A stretch of 64,000 nucleotides of DNA from Dinoroseobacter sp. (GCA_030066795.1 JASJAW010000017.1:22959-86958), one strand, 5' to 3'; counted from the stretch's first letter, positions 1-10,415 are shown. The notes: generated by a model from the sequence alone, not told the origin. Made by a program: numbers and translations.

Positions 1-2
1 TC

Positions 3-605
3 GTCAACACGCTCGGTCATTGGGTCGCCGTTCAGGGAAGAACCCAATTCCGACTGGCCGAGACTGAGAAATACCCGCATGTTACGTTTTTTTTGAACGG
101 CGGCGCTGAAGTACCCGAAGCTGGCGAAGATCGGTTCATGCCAGCCTCGCCAAAGGTGGCAACGTATGATTTGCAGCCTGAGATGAGTGCGGCGAAGGTA
201 ACTGAGAAGTTCGTTTCCGCGATTGAAGCCGGATACGATCTGATCGTGGTGAATTACGCGAACCCAGACATGGTCGGTCATACCGGTGATCTGGAGGCTG
301 CCAAGGCAGCGTGCGCCGCGGTGGACCATGGGCTTGGAGTGGCGATCGAGGCCCTCGAAGCAACTGGGGGCACAATGATCGTGACAGCGGACCACGGAAA
401 TTGCGAAACCATGATCGACCCTGACACAGGTGGCCCACATACTGCGCACACGCTCAACCCTGTACCAGTGATCCTCGTTGGTGGACCCGAAGGCGCACAA
501 CTGCGGCCCGGTGGGCGTCTGGCGGATTTGGCGCCCACACTTTTGGAACTGATGCATTTGCCGCAACCAGATGAGATGACTGGCCGGAGCCTTATAGCGA
601 CATGA
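3..605 (+). CDS. gpmI: 2,3-bisphosphoglycerate-independent phosphoglycerate mutase, C-terminal part (5' truncated by window)
   Basis: Frame is open from base 3: ...AETEKYPHVTFFLNGG...SPKVATYDLQPEMSA...NYANPDMVGHTG...TADHGNCE...HT motifs of iPGM. Confidence 0.95.
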   Translation, partial: VNTLGHWVAVQGRTQFRLAETEKYPHVTFFLNGGAEVPEAGEDRFMPASPKVATYDLQPEMSAAKVTEKFVSAIEAGYDLIVVNYANPDMVGHTGDLEAAKAACAAVDHGLGVAIEALEATGGTMIVTADHGNCETMIDPDTGGPHTAHTLNPVPVILVGGPEGAQLRPGGRLADLAPTLLELMHLPQPDEMTGRSLIAT

Positions 606-1729
606 GGCTCAGAGCGTGTGTCATATGCGCTTTGCTGTTGATTGGCGGGGGCGTCGCGGATGCACAAACGTCGTCTAACCCGGCGTTGCGGGCGGAAGAG
701 GCTGTTGGTCAGTTGGATATGGCGCGCGCCCTGCTGGAGGCTGCGCCAACGGCTTCGGATCGGGTGGCCGCTTTGACTCAGGCAGTCCGTGGTTTTGAGA
801 CCGGGTTGACTGCAATTCGCGAAAGCGCGCGCATCGCGTTGATCCGTGAACAAGCCATCCTTGCTGGTCTGGAAGCCGAACAGGAACGACTGGGCGAATT
901 GCTCGGTGTTTTGCAGACTATTTCCCGGACACCGGATCCGGTTCTGCTGATGCACCCCGAGGGTCCGCTCGGGTTGGCGCGGGCCGGAATGCTGATTTCT
1001 GATGTCACACCTGCGGTTGCTGCTGAAGCGGAACGCTTAAGTGCGCGATTGCGAGAGCTCGAAGACGTGAGGGGAGTTCAAACCGACGCGGAAGCGCGTC
1101 TGGCGCAGGCTCTTGTTGATATTCAGACAGCCCGTACAGCGTTGGCAAAAGTCATCTCCGAGCGGGTCCGATTGCCCGACGGTCCTGCTGCAGACCCGGT
1201 TTTGCTCGGTGTACTCTCTGCCTCAAGTACTTCGCTGCGGGAGTTTGCGGAGGGGCTTTCGTCGTTGGACGTAAAGCCGGCGCCGACGTCCGGCTTCGTA
1301 TCTGCGAAGGGCAGTTTGCCTTTACCTGTCGCGGGGAATGCGATCCGAGGTTTCGGACAAGCGGACTTGGCGGGGATTGAGCGTTCTGGAATAGTCGTCG
1401 CGACAGAGGCTCAGGCGCTGGTAACAGCGCCATCTGCGGCCACTGTGCGGTACGTGGGAACGCTTCTCGATTACGGAATTGTTGTTATCCTCGAGCCTCA
1501 GGCGGACTACTTGCTGATCATGTCCGGACTAAATGAGGTTTTCGTGCAGAACGGCGAAGTCGTGACGCGGGACGCACCACTTGGCCTTATGGGAGGCGAT
1601 ACACCAGCATTTGACCGTGCAGACGGTGGTCAAATGCGACAAGAGACGCTTTATATGGAGTTAAGAGACAGCGGAGAGCCCGTAGATCCGGCCGAATGGT
1701 TCGTGATTGACTCGGTCTCCATGGAGTAG
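602..1729 (+). CDS. envC: Murein hydrolase activator EnvC family (coiled coil + degenerate M23 domain)
   Basis: Signal peptide, long coiled coil, C-terminal LytM-like region (LPVAG..GFG, YG.VVILE, LYMELR..GEPVDP); ATGA overlap with gpmI; classic gpmI-envC-ctpA order. Confidence 0.85.
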   Translation: MRLRACVICALLLIGGGVADAQTSSNPALRAEEAVGQLDMARALLEAAPTASDRVAALTQAVRGFETGLTAIRESARIALIREQAILAGLEAEQERLGELLGVLQTISRTPDPVLLMHPEGPLGLARAGMLISDVTPAVAAEAERLSARLRELEDVRGVQTDAEARLAQALVDIQTARTALAKVISERVRLPDGPAADPVLLGVLSASSTSLREFAEGLSSLDVKPAPTSGFVSAKGSLPLPVAGNAIRGFGQADLAGIERSGIVVATEAQALVTAPSAATVRYVGTLLDYGIVVILEPQADYLLIMSGLNEVFVQNGEVVTRDAPLGLMGGDTPAFDRADGGQMRQETLYMELRDSGEPVDPAEWFVIDSVSME

Positions 1730-1790
1730 GCTGGACAAGACCAACGTATCAAGACGCTCCCGAGAGGGCGTGAGAAGGACATAGACGCAG

Positions 1791-3128
1791 ATGAAGAAAT
1801 TCGTAATGGCCGCGCTGGGCGGCACTGTGGCGGGCGCACTTCTGACCACTCAGGTGGCCGGGCCGCTGGTCGCGCAGGAAGCTGCACGCAAAAGCTCTGT
1901 GTATGAACAGCTCGATCTTTTTGGCGATATTTTTGAACGTATCCGCGCCCAGTACGTGGAAGATGTTAACGAAGGGGACCTGATCGAGGCGGCCATCAAC
2001 GGCATGCTCACGTCGCTTGATCCACATTCGAGCTATCTTGCGCCTAAGGACTTCGGGGATATGCAGGTTCAGACCCGCGGTGAGTTCGGCGGTCTTGGAA
2101 TCGAAGTGACTCAGGAAGATGGCTTTGTCAAAGTTGTCTCCCCTATTGACGACACGCCGGCTGCTGAAGCTGGTATCGAAGCCGGGGATTTCATTACCCA
2201 CGTGGACGGCGAGTCCGTACTGGGTCTGACATTGGATCAAGCTGTCACGATGATGCGCGGTCCTGTCGGGTCTGACATCATCATCACTGTCGTGCGCGAA
2301 GGCATCGATGAACCGTTCGACGTCACTATCACCCGTGATACTATTCGTCTGACGGCGGTCCGATCTCGTACCGTCGGGGACACCATCGTGTTGCGCGTCA
2401 CCACTTTCAATGACCAGACCTATCCGAACCTCGCGGAAAAACTCGCTGAGGAAGTGGAAGAGGCCGGCGGAATGGAAGCTGTGAACGGCTTCATCATCGA
2501 TCTGCGGAACAATCCGGGTGGTTTGCTGACGCAAGCAATCAAGGTATCGGATGCGTTCCTCGACAAGGGGGAGATTGTCTCGACCCGTGGGCGCGATCCG
2601 CAGGATGGAGAGCGCTTTAATGCGACCGACGGGGATTTGACTGAAGGCAAACCGATTGTTGTTCTGATCAATGGCGGTTCTGCTTCGGCTTCCGAGATCG
2701 TGGCAGGAGCCTTGCAGGATCACCGCCGCGCGATTGTGATCGGTACAAAGAGCTTCGGCAAAGGATCCGTGCAGTCAGTCGTTCCGCTCCGTGGCGATGG
2801 CGCAATGCGCCTGACGACCGCGCGCTACTACACGCCGTCCGGGCGTTCCATTCAATCCCTTGGGGTGTCGCCTGATATCGTTGTGGCCCAGCCGCCGCGT
2901 CGCCCTGAGGCCGAGAACGAAGAAGAAGAGGCCGAACGCTTTAACCGGTCCGAGGCAGACTTGCGCGGATCTCTCGATAACGACTCGATCTCTGAGGATG
3001 AGCGCCAGCAGCTCCTTAAAGAGCAACAGGCCGCCGAGGATGCCGCCGACTTGCGCGACGAGGATTATCAGCTGGCATACGCGATCGACATCCTTAAGGG
3101 GCTCAACGCGCTTGGGTCGGAAAACTAA
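1791..3128 (+). CDS. ctpA: Carboxyl-terminal processing protease, S41 family
   Basis: [66 protein letters not shown]. Confidence 0.95.
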   Translation: MKKFVMAALGGTVAGALLTTQVAGPLVAQEAARKSSVYEQLDLFGDIFERIRAQYVEDVNEGDLIEAAINGMLTSLDPHSSYLAPKDFGDMQVQTRGEFGGLGIEVTQEDGFVKVVSPIDDTPAAEAGIEAGDFITHVDGESVLGLTLDQAVTMMRGPVGSDIIITVVREGIDEPFDVTITRDTIRLTAVRSRTVGDTIVLRVTTFNDQTYPNLAEKLAEEVEEAGGMEAVNGFIIDLRNNPGGLLTQAIKVSDAFLDKGEIVSTRGRDPQDGERFNATDGDLTEGKPIVVLINGGSASASEIVAGALQDHRRAIVIGTKSFGKGSVQSVVPLRGDGAMRLTTARYYTPSGRSIQSLGVSPDIVVAQPPRRPEAENEEEEAERFNRSEADLRGSLDNDSISEDERQQLLKEQQAAEDAADLRDEDYQLAYAIDILKGLNALGSEN

Positions 3129-3639
3129 AACGGTCGCCCGCGCACTGACGCCCGAAGAAATCGCAGCGCTGCCCTATCGGCCCTGCGTGGGCGTCGTCCT
3201 AATGGATAAGCGCGGGCGTGTCTTTGCCGGGCAGAGGATCGACAGCGAGGTGCCGGCCTGGCAGATGCCGCAGGGCGGGATCGACAAGGGAGAAACTGCG
3301 CGTGAAGCCGCCTTGCGGGAGTTGGGCGAAGAAACGGGCGTAACGCCTGATCTGGTGGAGGTCGCTGCAGAGACCGCCGACTGGGTGACTTACGACCTGC
3401 CGCACGACATTGTTCCGCGCATCTGGAAGGGCCGGTTTAAGGGCCAGAAACAACGCTGGTTGCTACTGCGCTTCGGGGGCACCGATGCCGATATCGATAT
3501 CGCGACGGAGACTCCCGAATTCAGCCAGTGGCGCTGGCTGGCACCTGAGACTGTTCTAGAGTCGATCGTCCCGTTCAAGCGTGACGTGTATCGAGCGGTG
3601 TTCGAAGAGTTCGCATCGCATTTCGGCCCACGCGTTTAG
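3112..3639 (+). CDS. rppH: RNA pyrophosphohydrolase (Nudix); start uncertain (TTG 3112 or CTG 3145)
   Basis: [33 protein letters not shown] Nudix box, [15 protein letters not shown]. Confidence 0.9.
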   Translation: MGRKTKTVARALTPEEIAALPYRPCVGVVLMDKRGRVFAGQRIDSEVPAWQMPQGGIDKGETAREAALRELGEETGVTPDLVEVAAETADWVTYDLPHDIVPRIWKGRFKGQKQRWLLLRFGGTDADIDIATETPEFSQWRWLAPETVLESIVPFKRDVYRAVFEEFASHFGPRV

Positions 3640-3698
3640 TTCTGCACACCCCGCCTATTCTTAGGGACTCGTCATTTTCGTGTGATGGATCTATGGTG

Positions 3699-3713
3699 GA
3701 ACATAACGTGAAC
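3699..3713 (+). promoter_or_regulatory. Alphaproteobacterial LexA (SOS) box GAAC-N7-GAAC
   Basis: GAAC ATAACGT GAAC ends 4 nt before the first dnaE2 ATG; exact match to the Rhodobacter/Rhizobium direct-repeat LexA consensus. Confidence 0.8.
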
Positions 3714-3717
3714 AAAA

Positions 3718-6666
3718 ATGCTGCCGCCGATGTTTGCCGAACTCTCTGCGCTGTCCAATTTTTCGTTTCTGACAGGCGCATCGCATCCTGAAGAATATAT
3801 CGACCGGGCCGGGTTGCTCGGTTTGTCCGCCGTTGCGATTGCGGACGAGAATTCGGTGGCGGGAATCGTGCGCGCCTATACGCGCGGCAAGGAGATTGCG
3901 CGTCTGATCAACGAGCGGGCCGCGCTGGAGGCGCGCGACGGGCTGATCGGCCCAATGCACCCTGCTCCGGCATCTCAGGTGGGGGCGGATATTGCCCGCG
4001 TTCCACGCCTGATCCCGGCGGCAAAGCTTGTATTGACGGATGGGTTGGTGATCACCGTTCTGCCAGAGACCCGTACCGGCTGGTCGGCGCTGTCACGACT
4101 TTTGTCGCTTGGCCGTCGCCGCGCGCCCAAAGGCGATTGTGAACTCAGCCTCGCGGATGTTCTGGAGGGGCTGGAGGCCTGCCAGATGCTTCTTCACGGG
4201 TCGACACAGGCGCAGGCAGATGCGTGTGCTGCGGGTACATGGTGGACGCAGGCGGAACGGTTGGCGCACCGCTTTGGCCCCAAACTCAGCCTGCTGATGG
4301 CCCCAGTTTATGACGGACGGGATCCAGGCCACTTTGACCGGCTGGCCGCTCTCGCAGACAGGCTGGGCATCCCCACAGTCGCCTCCGCTGCACCACGGAT
4401 GCATATCGCGCGCCGTCGCCGTCTGGCGGATGTCCTGACGGCTGTGCGAACTGGCACACGGGTTGACGATCTGGGCCGGGCCGCAACGGCCAATGCCGAA
4501 CAGCGCCTGCGGTCCGAGGCGGAGATGCGCCGTCTCTTCCGTGGCCATGGAGACGCTGTAAAACGCGCGGCCGAGATTGCCGCGCGCTGCTCATTCTGCC
4601 TGAGCGAGCTACGGTATGACTACCCATCCGAGGTTCAGAATGGGGAAGCTCCTCAAGACCGCCTTGCGCGGCTCACACAGGACGGACTTGTTTGGCGGTA
4701 CCCCTCGGGCATACCCGATCGCGTACAGAAACTGGCGCAGCATGAACTGGCCCTTATCGCCAAGCTGGGCTATGCGCCGTATTTCCTGACCGTTCGCGAT
4801 ATCGTCGCCTTTGCCCGGTCGCGTGATATTCTTTGTCAGGGGCGCGGCTCCGCCGCCAATTCCGTGGTGTGCTTTGCTCTTGGCATTACCTCCGTCTCCC
4901 CCGAAATCGGGACGATGGTCTTTGAACGCTTCGTGTCTGAGGCGCGTGACGAGCCCCCCGATATCGACGTCGATTTCGAACATGAGCGGCGCGAGGAGGT
5001 AATCCAGCACATCTACGAACGCTACGGTCGCGAGCGCGCCGGGCTTTGCGCCACGGTGATCCATTACCGCGGCAAGCGGGCGGTGCGCGAGGTAGGTCGC
5101 GCCATGGGGTTGACCGAAGACACGCTTGCGGCACTGAGTTCGCAGATCTGGGGCTTCGGCTCGGTCCGGGGCATCGAAGAAGAGCGCCTGCGCGAGATCG
5201 GTCTTGATCCCGCCGACCGCCGTTTGCGTCAAACGATCGAACTGATCTACGAAATTCAGGGCTTCCCGCGCCACCTGTCCCAGCATGTGGGCGGCTTCGT
5301 GATCACCGAAGGTCGCCTCGATGACCTTGTGCCCATCGAAAACGCGACCATGGAGGACCGCACGGTCATCTGCTGGGACAAGGACGACATAGACAGTCTC
5401 GGCATCCTGAAGATCGATATTCTGGCGCTGGGCATGCTCACTTGTATCCGTAAAGCTTTCGCCTTGATGGAGCGGCATCATCAGCTCGACTATACGCTGG
5501 CTACCCTGCCGCCCGAGGACCCGGCGGTTTATGACATGCTTTGCCGGGCCGACAGTATCGGAGTATTTCAGGTCGAAAGTCGCGCGCAGATGAATTTCCT
5601 GCCACGGATGCGCCCGCGCTGTTTTTATGACCTCGTCATTCAGGTCGCCATTGTGCGGCCCGGGCCCATTCAGGGCGACATGGTTCATCCCTTCATCCGG
5701 CGCAGAAACGGCGAGGAGGAGGTGAGCTTCCCATCCGACGAATTGGGCCGCGTACTCGCCAAAACCCTTGGTGTGCCGCTCTTTCAGGAACAGGCGATGC
5801 AGATCGCCATTCTGGGTGCAGGCTTCGACCCATCCGAGGCGGACCGACTGCGCCGCTCGCTCGCGACCTTCAAGAAGCACGGCAACGTGTCCGAATTCCG
5901 CACGCGTTTCCTGCGGGGCATGGCCGAAAACGGGTATGAGCGCGACTTCGCGGAGCGGTGTTTTTCTCAGATCGAAGGTTTCGGCAGTTATGGCTTCCCC
6001 GAAAGCCATGCGGCCAGTTTCGCGCTGTTGGTTTATGCCAGTTCCTGGATCAAGCACCACCATCCGGGCATTTTTGCCTGTGCACTTCTGAACGCGCAGC
6101 CCATGGGGTTTTATGCGCCCGCGCAGATCGTGCGGGATGCCCGTGAACACGGGGTGGAGGTGCGCCCCGCCTGCATCAACATGAGCTATTGGGACAATGT
6201 GATGGAATCTGACGGGCGGGGTGGCCTCGCGCTTCGCCTCGGGTTCCGCCAGATCAAGGGGATGTCCGAGGATGAGGCGGGCTGGATTTCTGCCGCGCGT
6301 GGCAACGGCTACCGCGCTGTGGCAGACCTTTGGCGTCGGGCAGGCGTGCCGCCCGCGCAGATCGCGCGTCTGGCCGAGGCGGATGCGTTTTCTGGTCTTG
6401 GCCTCAGCCGGCGGGAAGCGTTGTGGGAGGCGCGCGCACTGAAGGGCAATGCACCGCTTCCGCTTTTTGCCGGAGATCTGGAAGGAGAAGGGGCGCAAGA
6501 GCCCGCTGTCGCTTTACCGCCGATGAGTCTGGGCGAGGAAGTGGTGGAAGATTTCGTTGCGATGCGCCTCAGTCTGCGGGCACATCCCGTAGCCCTTCTG
6601 CGGCATATCCTGACGCCTGGCCTGGGCGATCCTGCGCTTGCGGCGAAGCCTGCGCCTCGCGACTAA
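3718..6666 (+). CDS. dnaE2: Error-prone DNA polymerase DnaE2 (C family), short C-terminus; start 3718 or 3730
   Basis: FAEL..LSNFSFLTGASHPEE PHP start, QGRGSAANS, FERF.S..R.EPPDIDVDFEHERREEVIQ, HLSQHVGGFV, GVFQVESRAQM, YGFPESHAASFA, LLNAQPMGFYAPAQIVRDAREHGV. Confidence 0.93.
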   Translation: MLPPMFAELSALSNFSFLTGASHPEEYIDRAGLLGLSAVAIADENSVAGIVRAYTRGKEIARLINERAALEARDGLIGPMHPAPASQVGADIARVPRLIPAAKLVLTDGLVITVLPETRTGWSALSRLLSLGRRRAPKGDCELSLADVLEGLEACQMLLHGSTQAQADACAAGTWWTQAERLAHRFGPKLSLLMAPVYDGRDPGHFDRLAALADRLGIPTVASAAPRMHIARRRRLADVLTAVRTGTRVDDLGRAATANAEQRLRSEAEMRRLFRGHGDAVKRAAEIAARCSFCLSELRYDYPSEVQNGEAPQDRLARLTQDGLVWRYPSGIPDRVQKLAQHELALIAKLGYAPYFLTVRDIVAFARSRDILCQGRGSAANSVVCFALGITSVSPEIGTMVFERFVSEARDEPPDIDVDFEHERREEVIQHIYERYGRERAGLCATVIHYRGKRAVREVGRAMGLTEDTLAALSSQIWGFGSVRGIEEERLREIGLDPADRRLRQTIELIYEIQGFPRHLSQHVGGFVITEGRLDDLVPIENATMEDRTVICWDKDDIDSLGILKIDILALGMLTCIRKAFALMERHHQLDYTLATLPPEDPAVYDMLCRADSIGVFQVESRAQMNFLPRMRPRCFYDLVIQVAIVRPGPIQGDMVHPFIRRRNGEEEVSFPSDELGRVLAKTLGVPLFQEQAMQIAILGAGFDPSEADRLRRSLATFKKHGNVSEFRTRFLRGMAENGYERDFAERCFSQIEGFGSYGFPESHAASFALLVYASSWIKHHHPGIFACALLNAQPMGFYAPAQIVRDAREHGVEVRPACINMSYWDNVMESDGRGGLALRLGFRQIKGMSEDEAGWISAARGNGYRAVADLWRRAGVPPAQIARLAEADAFSGLGLSRREALWEARALKGNAPLPLFAGDLEGEGAQEPAVALPPMSLGEEVVEDFVAMRLSLRAHPVALLRHILTPGLGDPALAAKPAPRD

Positions 6667-7085
6667 GCCTTTCAATGGGAGCAGGAGGCAGGAAAGACTA
6701 ACGCCGAAGTTGTGGAAACCGCGCCATAGTGGGGCAAGAACACGCTGCACACCGCGGCTATGCGGCGGACCTAGAAAGCCACGTGAAGGCAACAGGTTTC
6801 GCCGGAGGTATTGACCGCATTGTCCGCAAACCGTTCCGTTAGTGCCGGCTGGGTTCGGTCAAAAACCCAAACATCAATCAACGCACAAGGCAAAGGGCGC
6901 AATTGCATTGTAACGCAATTCGCAAACCCTCTTTAGCGCGGTATTCCTCAAGCAACACGCACGGTAGCGGGGGGTTGCATTCATCATCTGTTATTCAGTG
7001 CACTCAAGTCGAATTTCTGCCTTCAAGAGATCATTGCCGTAGAGCCGGATTTCTACCATCCTGCCTGGAAAGGGAGGAAACAATT

Positions 7086-8198
7086 ATGCGCACAACAGCA
7101 GCCGTCGCCTTGGGTGCGGGCAAACCGCTTGAAGTGATGGAGGTCAACCTCGAAGGTCCAAAAGCCGGTGAGGTTCTGGTCGAAATCAAAGCAACCGGGA
7201 TCTGTCACACGGATGAGTTCACTTTGTCCGGCGCAGATCCGGAAGGCCTCTTCCCGGCGATCTTGGGTCATGAAGGCGCCGGCGTCGTGCTTGAAGTTGG
7301 CCCGGGTGTGACCTCTCTGAAACCCGGCGATCATGTCATCCCGCTTTATACGCCGGAGTGTCGCGAATGTGAGTATTGCCTGAACCCCAAAACAAATCTC
7401 TGTCAGGCGATCCGATCCACACAGGGGCAGGGGCTCATGCCCGATGGTACGTCGCGCTTTTCGATGCTCGATGGCACGCCGATCTTGCACTATATGGGCT
7501 GTTCTACATTCTCCAATCACACGGTCCTGCCTGAGATTGCGCTGGCAAAAATCCGGCCTGACGCGCCCTTTGACAAGGTCTGCTACATCGGCTGCGGAGT
7601 CACTACGGGGATCGGCGCGGTCATGAACACCGCAAAAGTGGAAATCGGTTCAACTGGCGTCGTGTTTGGCCTCGGGGGGATCGGGCTGAACGTCATTCAA
7701 GGCCTGCGGTTGGCCGGAGCCGATCAGATCGTTGGTGTGGACATCAATGCAGACAAGGCTGCGATGGCCCAGAAATTCGGCATGACCGATTTCGTCAATC
7801 CGTCAGAGATCTCGGGTGATTTGGTTGCTCATCTGGTGGAACTGACCGGAGGCGGGGCAGATTACAGCTTTGACGCCACTGGCAACGTGCAGGTGATGCG
7901 TGCCGCGCTCGAATGCGCTCACAAGGGCTGGGGGGAAAGCATCATTATCGGTGTCGCGCCAGCGGGCGCGGAGATATCCACACGGCCGTTCCAACTGGTG
8001 ACCGGACGGGTTTGGCGCGGTACGGCCTTCGGTGGTGCGCGAGGCCGCACGGATGTGCCACAGATCGTTGACTGGTACATGGATGGTAAAATCGAGATCG
8101 ACCCGATGATCACGCATACGCTATCGCTTCAAGATATCAACAAGGGCTTCGACCTGATGCATGAAGGCAAGTCGATCCGGGCCGTAGTGGTCTATTGA
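7086..8198 (+). CDS. frmA: S-(hydroxymethyl)glutathione dehydrogenase / class III alcohol dehydrogenase
   Basis: [64 protein letters not shown]; SD GGGAGG upstream of ATG 7086. Confidence 0.95.
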   Translation: MRTTAAVALGAGKPLEVMEVNLEGPKAGEVLVEIKATGICHTDEFTLSGADPEGLFPAILGHEGAGVVLEVGPGVTSLKPGDHVIPLYTPECRECEYCLNPKTNLCQAIRSTQGQGLMPDGTSRFSMLDGTPILHYMGCSTFSNHTVLPEIALAKIRPDAPFDKVCYIGCGVTTGIGAVMNTAKVEIGSTGVVFGLGGIGLNVIQGLRLAGADQIVGVDINADKAAMAQKFGMTDFVNPSEISGDLVAHLVELTGGGADYSFDATGNVQVMRAALECAHKGWGESIIIGVAPAGAEISTRPFQLVTGRVWRGTAFGGARGRTDVPQIVDWYMDGKIEIDPMITHTLSLQDINKGFDLMHEGKSIRAVVVY

Positions 8199-8683
8199 GT
8201 CTGGAGGTCCGTGCTGCTGAGCCAGGCGATTGGCCAGGAGTCTGGGCAATGCTCGAGCCTGTTTTTCGCGCGGGCGAGACCTATGCGATTTCTCCGGAAA
8301 TCCTGGAAGCAGAGGCGCGGGCCTACTGGTTTGCACCAGAGCGGAGGACGTTTGTGGCGCAGGACGGGGCTGCCCTACTTGGCACCTATTACCTTGTCGC
8401 GAACTTTGCCGGGAATGCCGACCATATTTGCAACTGCGGATACGTCACCGCAGCGGCGGCCCGTGGTCGGGGCGTGGCCCGCGCCATGCTGGCGCATTCC
8501 TTGACTTCGGCGCGCGAGGCTGGTTTCAAAGCGATGCAGTATAATTGCGTCGTGTCGACCAACCAGCGTGCGGTCGACTTGTGGCTTGCAAACGGGTTTT
8601 CGATCATTGGCACGATTCCGGACGCATTTCGCCATCCGCGCGCCGGGGTCGTCGAGGCCCATGTCATGTACCGAAAGCTTTAA
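8195..8683 (+). CDS. GNAT family N-acetyltransferase
   Basis: [11 protein letters not shown] acetyl-CoA motif, [16 protein letters not shown]...GF; TTGA overlap with frmA stop. Confidence 0.85.
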   Translation: MSLEVRAAEPGDWPGVWAMLEPVFRAGETYAISPEILEAEARAYWFAPERRTFVAQDGAALLGTYYLVANFAGNADHICNCGYVTAAAARGRGVARAMLAHSLTSAREAGFKAMQYNCVVSTNQRAVDLWLANGFSIIGTIPDAFRHPRAGVVEAHVMYRKL

Positions 8684-8686
8684 GGC

Positions 8687-9310
8687 CTAATCTCTGGGCT
8701 TTCCGTAGCGCGCCAGAAAAAGCTCGACTGCTCCCGAGACGATGCGGTCAATTCGAGCTGGGTCTGGTGTCTTTCCGACGCCAAGCAAGAGCTGCAGTTG
8801 AACATCGGTCCGGCACAGTTCCAAGAACTGATCCGCGGCCAGAGGTTTATCCGCGATCAGCAACTCGCCGCGCGAAATCGCTTCATCAAAGTATTCGAGA
8901 AGCGCAGTGCGGGCGACCAGGGGACCTGCCTCGTAAAAACTTCGCGCCATGTCTGGAAAGCGATCAGCCTCCGCGACGCAGAGCCGATAGATACCAAGGC
9001 CCATGGGCGATGTGTTGAATCCGATGATCGTGCGTGCGGCAGCCGCCAGAACATGGGCAGGTGGCTTGGTTCGGTCAATCGCTTCCATCGCGTTGCCGGC
9101 CACAGCACTGATTTCGCTACGGGCGACTTCCAGAAACAGAAATCGCTTGTCTGGAAAGTAGTTATAGAGCGTTGCCTTCGAGACCTTAGCGGCCCTAGCG
9201 ATCTCATCGACACTTGCCCCTTCGAACCCGTCGCGCAGAAAGATGTCGCGTGCGCCTGCCAGCACAGCGTCAAACTTCCGTCCGCGTTTTATTCCGGGGT
9301 CAACGTTCAT
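8687..9310 (-). CDS. TetR/AcrR family transcriptional regulator
   Basis: N-terminal HTH: FLRDGFEGASVDEIARAAKVSKATLYNYFPDK. Confidence 0.9.
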   Translation of the reverse strand: MNVDPGIKRGRKFDAVLAGARDIFLRDGFEGASVDEIARAAKVSKATLYNYFPDKRFLFLEVARSEISAVAGNAMEAIDRTKPPAHVLAAAARTIIGFNTSPMGLGIYRLCVAEADRFPDMARSFYEAGPLVARTALLEYFDEAISRGELLIADKPLAADQFLELCRTDVQLQLLLGVGKTPDPARIDRIVSGAVELFLARYGKPRD

Positions 9311-9470
9311 GTCTCTCCTTCGCTCCTAGGGTGATTTTGCCCCAGCCGCAGCGGCCCGGCAAGCCATCAGACCTTTGGATGCCCGTTGCCGTTCAGACAG
9401 AAATCAGGCAATTGGCAGCAACGTATCGCTTTGCACTGTTTAAAAGGAACGGTGCGCGTAGGGTGGCGCC

Positions 9471-10415
9471 ATGATTGCAATCTTTCTTCAGACCTTACCG
9501 TTCTTCGCTATCATCTCGCTCGGATACGGAGCGGGGCGCACGGGGTTCTTTACCCCCGAGGCCACCGCGTATCTGACCAAGTTCGTTTTCTACTTTGCAC
9601 TGTCAGCGATGCTATTTCGGTTTGCAGCCAATCTGTCTTTGGCCGAAATCTTGGATTGGCAGTTTATCTGGGCGTATCTCGCCGCAACCGGCGTCGTCTA
9701 CGTGCTCGCGACAGTTGTCGCGCTGATCCGACGTATCGGGGTTGAGCAAGCCGCGGTCGAAGCTCAGTGCGCGGTAATCGGAAACGTGGGGTTTCTCGGG
9801 ATCCCTATGCTGGTGCTGCTTCTTGGAGAGGCCGCGATAGGCCCTGTCATGTTGGTTCTGGCCGTGGACCTGATTGTTTTTGGGAGCCTGATCGTGATCC
9901 TGATAACCGGTTCTCGTGACGGCCGGGTGAGTTTCGGGGTATTGCAATCAGTGGGTCTGGGTCTTTTGAAGAACCCGATGATCGTCTCAATCTCGTTGGG
10001 TCTGATCTGGTCGGCTTTCAGTATACCGATCCCAACACCAATGAACTCATTCCTCGATATTCTTGGGTCCGCGGCAACGCCCGGCGCACTCTTTGCGATA
10101 GGGGCTTCGCTAGCAGGAAAATCTGCAGAGCGCGTTCAGATCGCGGCGTGGTTGTCATTTAGTAAGCTCGTTGTGCATCCCGTGGCCGTCGCTTTGGCAG
10201 CGCTGGTGATATTCCCCGTTTCCAACACGTATGCAGCAGGTGTCATGATTGCTGCGGCTGCGCTGCCCACCGCCGGGAATGTCTATATACTTGCACAGCA
10301 TTACGGTGTGGCGCCCGCGCGGGTGTCGGCAACGATCCTTATTTCTACCGCGGCTAGCATCGTGACGGTCTCGGCTGTTATCGCTTGGGTCGCGCCTTTG
10401 ACGGGCGGAGGGTGA
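9471..10415 (+). CDS. AEC (auxin efflux carrier-like) family transporter
   Basis: About 10 hydrophobic segments; [34 protein letters not shown] motifs. Confidence 0.85.
   Translation: MIAIFLQTLPFFAIISLGYGAGRTGFFTPEATAYLTKFVFYFALSAMLFRFAANLSLAEILDWQFIWAYLAATGVVYVLATVVALIRRIGVEQAAVEAQCAVIGNVGFLGIPMLVLLLGEAAIGPVMLVLAVDLIVFGSLIVILITGSRDGRVSFGVLQSVGLGLLKNPMIVSISLGLIWSAFSIPIPTPMNSFLDILGSAATPGALFAIGASLAGKSAERVQIAAWLSFSKLVVHPVAVALAALVIFPVSNTYAAGVMIAAAALPTAGNVYILAQHYGVAPARVSATILISTAASIVTVSAVIAWVAPLTGGG

Noticed and set aside
87-94. T8 homopolymer in gpmI as a phase-variation tract
   Set aside because: It encodes the conserved TFFLNGG in frame within a core enzyme
4609-6498. 629-aa antisense ORF opposite dnaE2 (likewise 1749-2723, 27362-28249, 30148-31227 and 46726-47724)
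   Set aside because: Shadow ORFs on the reverse strand of conserved genes, expected from high-GC codon bias; no motifs or SD
6600-6800. Frameshift hiding the DnaE2 OB-fold
   Set aside because: I saw no RQRP/TLEDE-type motif downstream on the plus strand; the one alternative frame I translated fully (AFQWEQEAGK...) closes quickly
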